Origin: Bdellovibrionales bacterium
Lineage (GTDB): Bacteria > Bdellovibrionota > Bdellovibrionia > Bdellovibrionales > JAGQZY01
DNA length: 64,000 bases
Direction: 5' to 3'
NCBI GenBank assembly: GCA_031426555.1
Contig: JANPLN010000024.1
Location: 1 to 64,000, forward strand
A model generated the notes under the pieces. That model saw nothing but the letters and a program-made list of their open reading frames with translations, made no database searches and had not been told where the DNA came from. The translations under genes and the position numbers were made by a program. Positions 1-9,930 of the stretch are shown piece by piece (the first letter of the stretch is position 1; each line of letters begins with the position of its first letter).

Positions 1-2
1 CG

Positions 3-107
3 CTCGAATCGGGTTATGTGGTGAACGTGCCTTTGCATATTACCGAAGGCGATGTTCTCAAAATCGATTCTCGCACGGGCGAGTACATCGAACGCTCCAA
101 CAAATAG
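3..107 (+). CDS. efp: Elongation factor P, C-terminal fragment (5' truncated by window edge)
   Basis: Manual translation [34 protein letters not shown] matches the EF-P C-terminal signature (VPLFI-x-GD-x-I-x-DTRTGEY). Confidence 0.9.
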   Translation, partial: LESGYVVNVPLHITEGDVLKIDSRTGEYIERSNK

Positions 108-148
108 TCCCTCCTTTGGTCTAGTCGCCAAATCGCATATATCGCCGG

Positions 149-170
149 AAAAGGTACTTGGTACCTATTT
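149..170. repeat. Short palindrome (AAAAGGTAC-TTG-GTACCTATTT), REP-like or terminator-like, downstream of efp
   Basis: AGGTAC/GTACCT stem with a 3-nt loop and A/T-rich flanks; single copy in the window. Confidence 0.35.
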
Positions 171-262
171 GCCTCGTCGAAAAGTTGTGTTTTGCAATCG
201 CTGCTCCCCTCTCAAAAGGCTCCAATAGATAATATTATATAGACAACCAGGATGGGCCCATT

Positions 263-1282
263 TTGAACGACAAACTTTCGCCGACCCCCAATTTGATGAT
301 CCTTCAGCTGCTCCATACCACGTCGGACCATGCTGACTTTTTGCGAATTTGCTGGGACCAACTCCTCCCCCAACAAAAGATGCAGATTTTTCACTTTTTA
401 TTTCTCGCCAAACAAGACAAAACTTTTATCAATGTGCTCAGACAAGAGCTCCTGTTAAGCGACCCAACGGTCCCCTGGACGCAACTGTTTGCCATTCTCA
501 AAAAATACCAAAAGCTCAATCCCAAAGTTTTTACATCCCTGGGAATTTCCGAAGCGGAGACCCTGGATTTTATGAGTTTTTGCATCGACACTCCGGAAAT
601 GATACAATTGTGGACTCAGAAAAAGAAAAAAGTCCTTCAGGAGTATGAAGAACGACGAAGCGGTCTCTTGAAAGACCTCGAGTTTGCAAAGAATCAAGGC
701 TTAAAAGAAAAGCGCATCGAAGCGTTGAATCAACTCAAAAAGCTATTTCCAAACGACAAATCCATTGAAGGTGTTTTTCAGTCAGAAAAGGAATTTCACG
801 CGCGCCACACGTACAATAAACTCTCCAGTCAGCGCTCCAAAAAAATGTATGTTAAAAAACAAACGGTGACTTTTTCCAAGGACGATGAAGTCGCAATGTT
901 TAAAACCATTAAAAAGTATCTTAAACAAAATGCAGATTACGTTTATGATTTTAGTGTGATGTTTATGGAAATGGATCTCCCACTGATGGGACTGAAAGTG
1001 ATCGATCTACTGAAGAAGAAATCGAACCGTTTGGTGTGGCATGAGCTGCAATTGTGCCTTGAAGGTCGGCAGTTTGCTCGAGCCCTCAGTTTGATTTCAC
1101 AAATTCAAAAAGTAAGAGTCGGAACCGAGCACTCGTTTTCGCTGCTTTATTATCAAGCCCTTGCACTGCATGGCCTAGGTCATCGTGCGGAGGCTATTAA
1201 AATTATTAAAAATATTCTAAAAATTCGTCCGCAGTACAAATCAGCCAACTCGCTTTTGTTGGAGTGGGAATCTGATTCATGA
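263..1282 (+). CDS. Hypothetical helical protein with C-terminal TPR-like repeats
   Basis: 339-aa ORF overlapping the next start (ATGA). C-terminal YYQALALHGLGHRAEAIKIIKNILKIRPQY is TPR-like. Start codon uncertain. Confidence 0.7.
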   Translation: MNDKLSPTPNLMILQLLHTTSDHADFLRICWDQLLPQQKMQIFHFLFLAKQDKTFINVLRQELLLSDPTVPWTQLFAILKKYQKLNPKVFTSLGISEAETLDFMSFCIDTPEMIQLWTQKKKKVLQEYEERRSGLLKDLEFAKNQGLKEKRIEALNQLKKLFPNDKSIEGVFQSEKEFHARHTYNKLSSQRSKKMYVKKQTVTFSKDDEVAMFKTIKKYLKQNADYVYDFSVMFMEMDLPLMGLKVIDLLKKKSNRLVWHELQLCLEGRQFARALSLISQIQKVRVGTEHSFSLLYYQALALHGLGHRAEAIKIIKNILKIRPQYKSANSLLLEWESDS

Positions 1283-4200
1283 GATTTTCACGGTCGCGGA
1301 TCTTTTTTTTAGTTTTCGTAGTAGTGCTGGCGATCGCGTGCACAATTCCGTGGCAAAATAAGGATTTAGACCAGTGGGTCAATAAAAAATTGACGTTCTA
1401 CTCTCACAAATTTCTACCCGTTGGCCTTACTGTTTCGCACGTAGAATTTAAAATTCTTCCGCCAACTTTGTCATTTTACTCCGCGGTGGTAACACCCCAT
1501 GAGCAAAAAATAAAAGCTCTCCTGGACCCTTTCGAAATTGGTCGCATCACCCTGCAACCCAGCATCGCTCACCTTCTGATTGGACGATTGCATCTGGCAA
1601 AAATTGAAATGGACAGCTCGCGCATCAAGGCCCATTACACAACCACCGAATCGTCCGAAGACATGAAAATCGAACTCGAAAAAATTCTTCATCAAATTCC
1701 CATCACACAGGTTCAATTGAGCAATATTCAAGCCAGTGTGAACGTAACCCATAAGGGTCAAGATTTTTCTACTGTCATATCTCCTCTCAGCGCGACAATT
1801 ACCAACGATCTCAATAATCTTCTCGTGAAACTACGTGCGGAAAAATTAAAGTTTCAAATCGATGGGGATAGCGTTCTTAAGAATACTTTTTTCGAAACGC
1901 ATTTCTTTCTGACTGAAAAAAACTTTGTACTTTCTGATTTTAAAATTAAAGAGCAGGATTCTTTTTTAGTTGCGTCTGGTTCAACCCAGCATATTCTTTC
2001 GAAAAAGAATATAAAATCAGGAAAACTAAACATTCGCGCCTACATGAAGGCCAGTCACGGAAAAGACCTCGCTCGTCTTTTTGCCTCGCACGCGGACCTC
2101 TCACAACTGCAACCGCTCGACGGCGCAGTGAAAACTGACTTGCGCTTTGATATTATGAGTATGGCTGACTTTAATCTTGAAACGCGAACGTATGTTTACA
2201 AGTTGGAGTATGATAAATTTAGGATTGGCGACGTCGATGTGAGCGGAACGTATCAACACGCGAAACAACAGTTCAATGTTGAAAAATTAAAGATTGAAAA
2301 CTCCGGTTTTGAAGGCGAATTGGGCGCTGCAAAGATTTCACTGAAAGATTTTTCGCTGACCGAGACCGAGGTTTTGATAAAGTCTTTTAGCCTGAATCCA
2401 TTTTTAAAATACGCCATTAACAAAGATATTCCCGCGCATGTGGAAGGCAACGGTAAAACTCTGTGCTCTGGAGCCTTTCAGCCTTTGCGCATTGATTGCC
2501 GAGGAGAGATTGAAGGCAAAAATATTCTTGTAAATCCCAAGCCTGAAAGACCTCTGCTAAGTTTGCCCGAAGCACTAAAGGCTGTCGGCAACTTTACAGT
2601 CACGGCCAAGGAGGTGACTTACAAAGCGTCGATCAATGCAGGGCACAGCACCGGCGAAAGCGATGGTGAGATTAATTATAAAACGGGATTCATGATCAAT
2701 TATTCCACTCCTCTGTTAGATTTTAACGTCGTCAAAAAACTCGCAGGTTTAGACGTTGGCGGAAAAGCAAAAATACAAGGATTCACAAAAGGCAACAGCC
2801 GGGCCGCTATTTTTGAACTGTCCCTCGACGGAAAAGAAATGATGCTTGAGAAGTATTTACTTGGCGATATTTCCCATCAATTAAAATACAAAGAGGGTGT
2901 GCTTTTAGTCCCTAAAATTCAGGGAGCTGCTTCCAGCTCGCGTTATTTAGGAAATTTACAAATCTTATTAGATAAAAATCGAATTAACGGAAAAATTCAG
3001 TTCCCGTTTGTGGACCTCTCCGTTATGCAAAGTTCCATCAAAGAAAACCTGTCGCTTCCAGTGGAAGTGACTGGTTCCGGAGCTGCCATCGTCACCATCG
3101 ACAGTCTCTTGGACCCAGAAAAGCTGTCTTTTAAAGCCAAAGCGCGCCTTTATAACTGCACTGTGGACCAACAACACATCGAAATGGCTGATCTCGATTT
3201 ATCGTCGGAGACCGGCAAAATTTCCATCGTCAACGCGGTTTTTGAAGAAAAAAACTCTCAGGCGCAACTCACTGGATTTATTCATCTTGATCGCAAAGAA
3301 TTTGAACTTGGCTTTCAGTCGCCGAAAGTTTACCTGGATGACATCGTTTACGCCACGAAGTACTCTACTCCGACCCGGGGACTTTTCTCGGTCAAAGGAA
3401 ACATCGGTGGCCCCTTCAGAGCACCCAATGTTGATGTGGATTTCATTTCGGACAACTTCCACCTTGCCGGCAAAAAGATAGCTCCCATTAAAGGCCGCGC
3501 CGAAATATTCAGTAGCAAAACCGTTGCTCAGATCACTGGACCAAACAATTTTAAATTTATTTTCCGCAATATCCATCATCTTCCAGACTACCAAATCGAA
3601 GGTATGACTGAGCAATTCGATATCGCACCCCTTGTGACAAGTCTCTTGGGCATTGAACACACCGACGATTTTAAAATCGACATCACCAGCAATTTTAACA
3701 TTAAAATTCCGCGCAACCACCCAGAGACCATGAGCGGCTACCTGCATGTGCCAGCTTTAATGGTGGATACAGAAAAAAGCAAACTCACTTCCTCAAAGGA
3801 AATTTCCCTGTTTTTCACGCAAGGTAAGATTAATTTTTCCCCATTTGAAATGGTGGGCACCGGCGGAGATATTAAGTTTAAATCCAATGCGACGAATGTT
3901 CCTTTGGATATTCTTATTTCGGGGGTGTTTAGTCTATCGTTTGCCCATCTCCTCACGCCATTTTTAGAAACCATCGAAGGTCAAACGACGATCAACGTAC
4001 GGCTGCAACGAAGTTCCCAGCGGCTTGAGTTTTTTGGTTCGGCCTTTATTGACAACGGCTACCTTAAAATTCCCGATGTTCAACACGCCGTTGAAAACCT
4101 CAAAGTGGACTTACTTTTTAACCAGGACCGCATCAATTTGAATTCTCTCAAGGCCAAGTTTGCTTCCGGTCAACTTTTAGGCGATGGCTCAATCCGTCTG

Positions 4201-5259
4201 ATTGGGGCAAAAAATATTCCCATCGATCTAAATCTGCATATCGACAACATGGATCTCAACATCCCCCCACAGGTGAACACCGTGGGAAGCGCCGACTTAA
4301 AATTGTCCGGACAGTGGCTGCCCTTTCAACTCACTGGCACTTACCATGTGATCGACGGCCTTATTACCAAAGAGTTCACCTCAGGAGAGGGCGAAACTAA
4401 AAATGCCCACGAAATTTTTCTCCCCCAAGCCCTGCGCAACGAAGATCAATCTCCTGTGGTGTTAAAGCTAGAAATCATTCCCTCGGTGCCTCTCAACATA
4501 AAAAATAGTCTCATCGACGGAAAAGTTCAGGGACAAATCAGTGTTTCTGGCACACCCAAGGCTCCGATTCTTGGTGGGCAAATTCAATTTACCAAATTTT
4601 CGCAGATTCTCTTTCGGGATATTGTTTTCCGTGTGCGCGACTCAAATATCGCGCTCAATAACACCAATCCCCCAAACCCGGTTTTGTATATCTTGGCAGA
4701 TGCTCGCTACAAAGGCTATGATATCGAAATGCTCGTTCAGGGGTCCGCTGATAAACCTAAATTCACTCTCACCAGCCAGCCGTCTCTTACGCAGCCCGAA
4801 ATTATATCGCTTCTAGCCTTGGGCTATACAACCAACGAAGCTTCGTTGAGCAACGCCAACGCCACAGGAGGGATCACCAACACGACCAGCAACATCAGTA
4901 GTGATTCACAAGGTATGCAAGTTGGAACAAATGTATTCGGGCAAAATCCACTAGGGAAAGAATTCAAGAATCGCTTTGGGGTGGACGTTCAATTTTCTTC
5001 GCGATTTGATACAAACTCCAGTGTCGCTGTACCTACCATCGGTTTTTCGAAGAAGATCTCCGAAAGAACCTCCTTTGTGGGCAGTGTGCAAACTGGCAAA
5101 GTGGATACAAAAGAGGGAAAACTTCGATATGAACTGGACAGAGGATTTGCCGCCACAATGAGCGTGCAGTCACTAGGGCAGCAGGATAATGTCATAAATG
5201 GCAATACAATCACTGATATTTTAGGTATCGATCTTGAGTTTAGAAAAGAATTTAAATGA
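1279..5259 (+). CDS. TamB/AsmA-like translocation and assembly module protein
   Basis: 1326 aa with an N-terminal TM anchor, beta-rich repeats, and a DUF490-like C-terminus (LTSQPSLTQPEIISLLALG ... IDLEFRKEFK). Coupled to an Omp85 gene. Confidence 0.85.
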   Translation: MRFSRSRIFFLVFVVVLAIACTIPWQNKDLDQWVNKKLTFYSHKFLPVGLTVSHVEFKILPPTLSFYSAVVTPHEQKIKALLDPFEIGRITLQPSIAHLLIGRLHLAKIEMDSSRIKAHYTTTESSEDMKIELEKILHQIPITQVQLSNIQASVNVTHKGQDFSTVISPLSATITNDLNNLLVKLRAEKLKFQIDGDSVLKNTFFETHFFLTEKNFVLSDFKIKEQDSFLVASGSTQHILSKKNIKSGKLNIRAYMKASHGKDLARLFASHADLSQLQPLDGAVKTDLRFDIMSMADFNLETRTYVYKLEYDKFRIGDVDVSGTYQHAKQQFNVEKLKIENSGFEGELGAAKISLKDFSLTETEVLIKSFSLNPFLKYAINKDIPAHVEGNGKTLCSGAFQPLRIDCRGEIEGKNILVNPKPERPLLSLPEALKAVGNFTVTAKEVTYKASINAGHSTGESDGEINYKTGFMINYSTPLLDFNVVKKLAGLDVGGKAKIQGFTKGNSRAAIFELSLDGKEMMLEKYLLGDISHQLKYKEGVLLVPKIQGAASSSRYLGNLQILLDKNRINGKIQFPFVDLSVMQSSIKENLSLPVEVTGSGAAIVTIDSLLDPEKLSFKAKARLYNCTVDQQHIEMADLDLSSETGKISIVNAVFEEKNSQAQLTGFIHLDRKEFELGFQSPKVYLDDIVYATKYSTPTRGLFSVKGNIGGPFRAPNVDVDFISDNFHLAGKKIAPIKGRAEIFSSKTVAQITGPNNFKFIFRNIHHLPDYQIEGMTEQFDIAPLVTSLLGIEHTDDFKIDITSNFNIKIPRNHPETMSGYLHVPALMVDTEKSKLTSSKEISLFFTQGKINFSPFEMVGTGGDIKFKSNATNVPLDILISGVFSLSFAHLLTPFLETIEGQTTINVRLQRSSQRLEFFGSAFIDNGYLKIPDVQHAVENLKVDLLFNQDRINLNSLKAKFASGQLLGDGSIRLIGAKNIPIDLNLHIDNMDLNIPPQVNTVGSADLKLSGQWLPFQLTGTYHVIDGLITKEFTSGEGETKNAHEIFLPQALRNEDQSPVVLKLEIIPSVPLNIKNSLIDGKVQGQISVSGTPKAPILGGQIQFTKFSQILFRDIVFRVRDSNIALNNTNPPNPVLYILADARYKGYDIEMLVQGSADKPKFTLTSQPSLTQPEIISLLALGYTTNEASLSNANATGGITNTTSNISSDSQGMQVGTNVFGQNPLGKEFKNRFGVDVQFSSRFDTNSSVAVPTIGFSKKISERTSFVGSVQTGKVDTKEGKLRYELDRGFAATMSVQSLGQQDNVINGNTITDILGIDLEFRKEFK

Positions 5260-8051
5260 GATATTTTTTATTCTGTTTCTTCATTCTAACAAACTCCTGG
5301 CTTTTGGCCGAGGACTCCCTGCGCTTTCGAGACGCAGACTTTGCCGAAATCAAAAAGATTTCGAAATTTAAAAAAAATAGTTTCAATCAAGAGCAGCTTA
5401 ATGAGCTGATCAAGGAAATTACCCTCAAAAAAGATTTCACTGTGGCAAAAGTTAATTTCGAGAAGGGTTTTTTGACGTTAGACTTAAAGGAAGTTGCCAG
5501 CCAGCAAAAGTTGGAAATTAACGGTAATCAGGCACTGACTTCCAGTGAAATTTTGAGCCTCCTCGAAATCAGTAATCAGCAAATGGTGGACAAGGAGCTG
5601 ATTGAGAGAAATCTCAATAAATTGAAAGAAAAATATGAATCCATCGGACTAAAAAAAGTTTCTATCCAGCTCAAAGAAAAGGTGGACGGAAAAAATTTGA
5701 TCTTTGCTCTGGACATTAACGAGGGAACCACGGCCATGCTCAAGGAGGTCAGCGTCCTCTCAAACAACCCTTATCTTAACAATTATGTCCGCTACAAGCT
5801 CAGGTCCTTCATTGATAAAAAGATTGATAAAACGATGATTAAAACCATCGAACAGATCGTCGCTGAGGTCCTCATTCAAAACAGGTATCTGGACGCCAAA
5901 GTGACAAAGATTTCTCCGATTTATAATTTAGATCGCACAGAATCCCGCCTGGTACTGACCATTGAGACCACAGCAACCTATGAGTTCTTGTTCTACGGAA
6001 ATAAATACTTTTCTGCTGGCAATCTTCTCTCTCATCTAGATCTAGAAAAAAACTTCCTTAATTATATCAAAAATCAAAAGCTCCTCGTAAAAAACATCGA
6101 GGATTACTATCACGCGGCGGGCTTTGCAAACACAGTGGTGACCAGCAAAGTGCACTTTTTTGAAAAAATGAACAAATATGTTCTACAATTTAATATCAAA
6201 GAGGGAACGCAAATACATATTAAAGACATTGAGATTTCAGGGAAAATATCGCGCAGTCCTAATCACTACCGCACGGCTTTCTACAATCTTCTTTCGGACT
6301 ACAAAAATGCACATTTTTTTATCCAGGAAAACCTGGTTAAAGCGTCGGATCGCCTTATCTTACAACTTAAGGACGAAGGCTACTTGCGCGCCGAAAAAAT
6401 TTCATTGGAATTTAAATTTTTTGGTAAAGATTCGGTTGTTGTGCAATTACAAATTAACGAAAACATTTTAACGCAAATTCGTAATATTACCTTTACTGGC
6501 TTAAAAAACTTTACAGCGTCCCAACTCTACGACGTCATCGAACTTAAGCCAAACACGCCTCTGAATTTGGTAAAGCTTTTTAATAGTTACTCACAACTGA
6601 AATCATTTTATCAAAAAAATGGATACCTTGAGTTTGAAAACTTAGCCACGCCAGAAAAACTGGTAAAATACATGGATAACTTTGAATTTGCCGATATCGC
6701 CTACGAGTTTAGAGAAGGCCCGCAGATTCGCATCAAAGATGTTCAGGTGCGCGGCAATACGTTTACCAAAGACAAAGTGGCCATTCGCGAATTGGATCTC
6801 ACTCAAGGTGATGTTCTCACCTCTGACCGGGTCAGTGACTCCGTGGTCTTTCTCGAGCGAACGCAGCTTTTTTCGCGGGCGCAAATTAATACGAGTGATC
6901 CAAACTCCGAAATATCAGAGCGCACGGTTTTTGTCGATGTGCAGGAAAAAAATCCCGGCCTCCTCGCTTCGGGTCTTGGACTTTCCAACGAGTGGGGTCT
7001 TACCGTTCGTTCTTATTTAGGTATTAGCTATCAAAACCTCGGCGGAACCGGTCGCGGTGTCAGTGCTCGTGCCGATGTAAAGTACTCCGTTGACCCCAAA
7101 GTGAGCTACCCACAAAATCGAATCGTGCTCGGCTACTACGAACCTTATTTGTTTTTCAATCGACTGCGGGCCCGAATTTCCGTTGAACGCGAACAACAGA
7201 TCTTTTTTCGCCTCGGCGGCGGCGATGCGGAAGTACAGGAGAGAAATGAAATCAATTTTCTGTTGGAAAAACAAATCAATCGTCGTCTTCGACTCATTTG
7301 GCACTTTTGGGATCTATCCTATCTTCGCTTTTTTGCAAAGGATTCCGGAATCGATACATCGAAAGTTAAGATAGCAAACATTGGCCCGGCCATTGAGTGG
7401 GATCGGCGCGACGATATTTTTGTTCCACGGGACGGTTCGTTTTCGGTGGCACAAATAGAGTACTCAAATCCAGTCCTTGGAAGCACGCAAGATGCGAATA
7501 ATTACATCGATTTTGTAAAGCTCACTGCGGGGCATATCAGCTACACTCCCCTTTCCCCAACAAAACGATGGGTCCTCGTAAACGAAGTGCGGGGGGGCTA
7601 TGTTGATAATTTAAGTCATCGGCCAGAGTCAGGTATTCCCGGCGCCCGTCTCTTTTTTCTTGGTGGTCGCGCGGCGCTACGTGGATATGATTTGCGCGAC
7701 AACGAACGGGTTCCAAGTCTCCGTGAAATCTGCGGCACAGTGTGCACTTCGATTTCTGACTTTAAAGTTCAAACGGCCTCGCATTATTACATCACGAAGA
7801 ACGAAATTCGTTTTCCAATGAGCGGCGATAATTTTGGCGGCCTGGTGTTTTACGACGGCGGCGCTGTATTTATTGACGGCGCTGATATTCAAGATCACTA
7901 CCGCGACACAGCCGGCTTTGGCCTTCGCTATGTAACACCAATTGGCGCCTTCACGGGCGAAATCGGCTTCAAACTCGATAAGAAAAAAGAATCCGCACGC
8001 TATCCCAACGAAAACGCCTTCACCATCCACTTCTCCATGGGAACGTTTTAA
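5256..8051 (+). CDS. Omp85-family outer-membrane protein (BamA/TamA-like) with multiple POTRA domains
   Basis: Signal peptide, repeated POTRA motifs (GNQAL, GNKYF, GLKNF, GNTFT), barrel motif FFLGG-x3-LRGY, GFGLRYVTPIG, terminal Phe. Confidence 0.9.
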   Translation: MRYFLFCFFILTNSWLLAEDSLRFRDADFAEIKKISKFKKNSFNQEQLNELIKEITLKKDFTVAKVNFEKGFLTLDLKEVASQQKLEINGNQALTSSEILSLLEISNQQMVDKELIERNLNKLKEKYESIGLKKVSIQLKEKVDGKNLIFALDINEGTTAMLKEVSVLSNNPYLNNYVRYKLRSFIDKKIDKTMIKTIEQIVAEVLIQNRYLDAKVTKISPIYNLDRTESRLVLTIETTATYEFLFYGNKYFSAGNLLSHLDLEKNFLNYIKNQKLLVKNIEDYYHAAGFANTVVTSKVHFFEKMNKYVLQFNIKEGTQIHIKDIEISGKISRSPNHYRTAFYNLLSDYKNAHFFIQENLVKASDRLILQLKDEGYLRAEKISLEFKFFGKDSVVVQLQINENILTQIRNITFTGLKNFTASQLYDVIELKPNTPLNLVKLFNSYSQLKSFYQKNGYLEFENLATPEKLVKYMDNFEFADIAYEFREGPQIRIKDVQVRGNTFTKDKVAIRELDLTQGDVLTSDRVSDSVVFLERTQLFSRAQINTSDPNSEISERTVFVDVQEKNPGLLASGLGLSNEWGLTVRSYLGISYQNLGGTGRGVSARADVKYSVDPKVSYPQNRIVLGYYEPYLFFNRLRARISVEREQQIFFRLGGGDAEVQERNEINFLLEKQINRRLRLIWHFWDLSYLRFFAKDSGIDTSKVKIANIGPAIEWDRRDDIFVPRDGSFSVAQIEYSNPVLGSTQDANNYIDFVKLTAGHISYTPLSPTKRWVLVNEVRGGYVDNLSHRPESGIPGARLFFLGGRAALRGYDLRDNERVPSLREICGTVCTSISDFKVQTASHYYITKNEIRFPMSGDNFGGLVFYDGGAVFIDGADIQDHYRDTAGFGLRYVTPIGAFTGEIGFKLDKKKESARYPNENAFTIHFSMGTF

Positions 8052-8060
8052 AAGTACGGA

Positions 8061-8242
8061 CACACTATTGGGATTCATTGAATTAAATTTGTGATTCCTA
8101 AATTCCAGAAGAGTTCATTTTAAGACACGTCCATCCCTGGACTCGCTCGCGAAATCAAACATCCTGTTTGCGAGAGGTCTTAAAATAAACTCTTCTGGAA
8201 TTTAGGAATCACAAATTTAATGCAATGAATCCCAATAGTGTG
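8061..8242. repeat. Fold-back element A: 66-bp inverted arms (2 mismatches) around a 50-nt structured core
   Basis: Arms 8061-8126 and 8177-8242 are reverse complements. The core contains GTCCA-TCCC-TGGAC and CAAACA-TCC-TGTTTG hairpins and TCGCTCG...CGAGAG. Confidence 0.95.
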
Positions 8243-8313
8243 ACGGCAAACTTTAAGAGCGCTCAAAAGGTCTCAGATACGAGGCGACGAGGTAAAATCG
8301 CACGGAGGTGGCT

Positions 8314-9177
8314 TTAAAACATCTCGGGGTTGAATTTGAGGCCCATGCGAGTGCAGATGATGCGGGTGATTTCGTTGGCGGTTTCTTCCAGGGCGCGCTC
8401 GGTGACGTTAAAGACCGGCCAGCGCTTGTTTTTCGAAAACAGCGCTTTGGCGTAATCGATTTCTTCGAAAATTTTATCGATGCGCGCGTACTCACTGCCG
8501 GGATCTTGTTTGATTCGCTCGAGGCGGTTTTTTCGAATTTTTTGCAAAGAATCTGGGTCGATGATCAGGCCAACAATCTTTCGCTGATCTACTTTAAAAA
8601 GCTCTTCCGGCATCGGTGACCCTGGAACTAGTGGAATGTTTGCAACTTTCCAGCCTTTGTGACTTAGAAATAAACTCAACGGAGTTTTACTGGTGCGGCT
8701 GATGCCCACCAAGATGATATCGGCTTTGTCTAAATCGGTCAGAAGCTTTCCATCGTCGTGCTTGACTGCAAATTCGATGGCCTCAACTCGCTTGAAGTAT
8801 TTCTCATCCACAGAATGCAGAATACCCGCTTCTTTTTTTGTATCTCCTACGTTGAGGTATACATCGAGCTCCTGTAATAAGGGACCAAGGAGATCCACCT
8901 GTGGCAAACCGTAGGCGGCGGCTTTGTCTTGCAAGTAATCGCGCAATTGTCGGCTAACCACAGTGTGAATGACGATGGCTTTTTTTTGCACAGCCTCCTC
9001 AATCGTTGCATCCACCTGGCGTTCATTGCGAATATTTTTACAGCGAACAATGTTGAGATCATGGGAGGTGTAGTGAACGAGAGCCGCTTTGGTCATTGTC
9101 ATGGCGGTTTCGCCCGTGCCATCGGAAATAATGTAGATAAATACCTTTGGCATGGCAGGCGTGGTGGCGTCGGTCAT
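8314..9177 (-). CDS. ppsR: PEP synthase/pyruvate phosphate dikinase regulatory protein (kinase/pyrophosphorylase, DUF299)
   Basis: Motifs ISDGTGETA, YFKRVEAIEFAVKHDDG, GISRTSKTPLS, VANIPLV. Confidence 0.92.
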   Translation of the reverse strand: MTDATTPAMPKVFIYIISDGTGETAMTMTKAALVHYTSHDLNIVRCKNIRNERQVDATIEEAVQKKAIVIHTVVSRQLRDYLQDKAAAYGLPQVDLLGPLLQELDVYLNVGDTKKEAGILHSVDEKYFKRVEAIEFAVKHDDGKLLTDLDKADIILVGISRTSKTPLSLFLSHKGWKVANIPLVPGSPMPEELFKVDQRKIVGLIIDPDSLQKIRKNRLERIKQDPGSEYARIDKIFEEIDYAKALFSKNKRWPVFNVTERALEETANEITRIICTRMGLKFNPEMF

Positions 9178-9515
9178 GGCTCATCTCGTACAAAAAAGAT
9201 GGGATGAGCCTCTAACTGATAGGCGGTGAGATCTCTCTGGTTGTTAAAGATGGCGGCCGTCTGCTTACCCAAAGATTTCCAAACTTCTAAAAATTTTTGC
9301 GGAGTGATGTTATCAAAGTCCACAATCAACAAATGCTCTGCCTGAAGATGGATTTTATCCACGTAAAGCGCGTAGCCCGAGGCGTTTTCTGTCAGCTTGT
9401 TTTTAGTGAGTTCGAACTGCGTTAACCAGTCAAAATAGGCAAACCAATTGTCGTTCTTGTTGGCATCCACCACCCAAATATTACTTTTTAAAATATCTGG
9501 CGAAAGATTAATCAT
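9174..9515 (-). CDS. Hypothetical protein
   Basis: 113-aa ORF overlapping both nusB and ppsR by a few bases, consistent with an operon. Confidence 0.6.
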   Translation of the reverse strand: MINLSPDILKSNIWVVDANKNDNWFAYFDWLTQFELTKNKLTENASGYALYVDKIHLQAEHLLIVDFDNITPQKFLEVWKSLGKQTAAIFNNQRDLTAYQLEAHPIFFVRDEP

Positions 9516-9930
9516 TACCCAGCTCTTTATTAAGAACCTGATCTAGAATCCCATTCACGAAACCTGGGGCTTCAAGGGAGCTGTATTTTTTTGCAATCTC
9601 GATGGCCTCGTTGATAACCGACTTCGGAGGGACCGCGTCGGTCACTTGCAAATAAATCATTTCGCAAACAGCAATGCGCAGAATATTGAGATCCACCAAC
9701 GACAAGCGTTTGATGTTCCAGTTGATGCTGTATTTCTGCAGCAACGTATCAATGGCCTCTTGATGGGTCATAACGGATTTCACGAGGATTTTGGAATAAT
9801 CAACGATCTCGTTGCCCAATGATAAATTCTGCTCGTACAAACGGATGAGTTCTTCGGGGCTGGAAAGGGGCATGAATTCACGTTGAAATAAAACTTGCAA
9901 CGCCAACTCTCGCGAACTTCTACGGGTCAC
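9508..9930 (-). CDS. nusB: Transcription antitermination factor NusB
   Basis: RRSSRELALQVLFQ, WNIKRLSLVDLNILR, INEAIEIAKKY, FVNGILD. Confidence 0.95.
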   Translation of the reverse strand: MTRRSSRELALQVLFQREFMPLSSPEELIRLYEQNLSLGNEIVDYSKILVKSVMTHQEAIDTLLQKYSINWNIKRLSLVDLNILRIAVCEMIYLQVTDAVPPKSVINEAIEIAKKYSSLEAPGFVNGILDQVLNKELGND

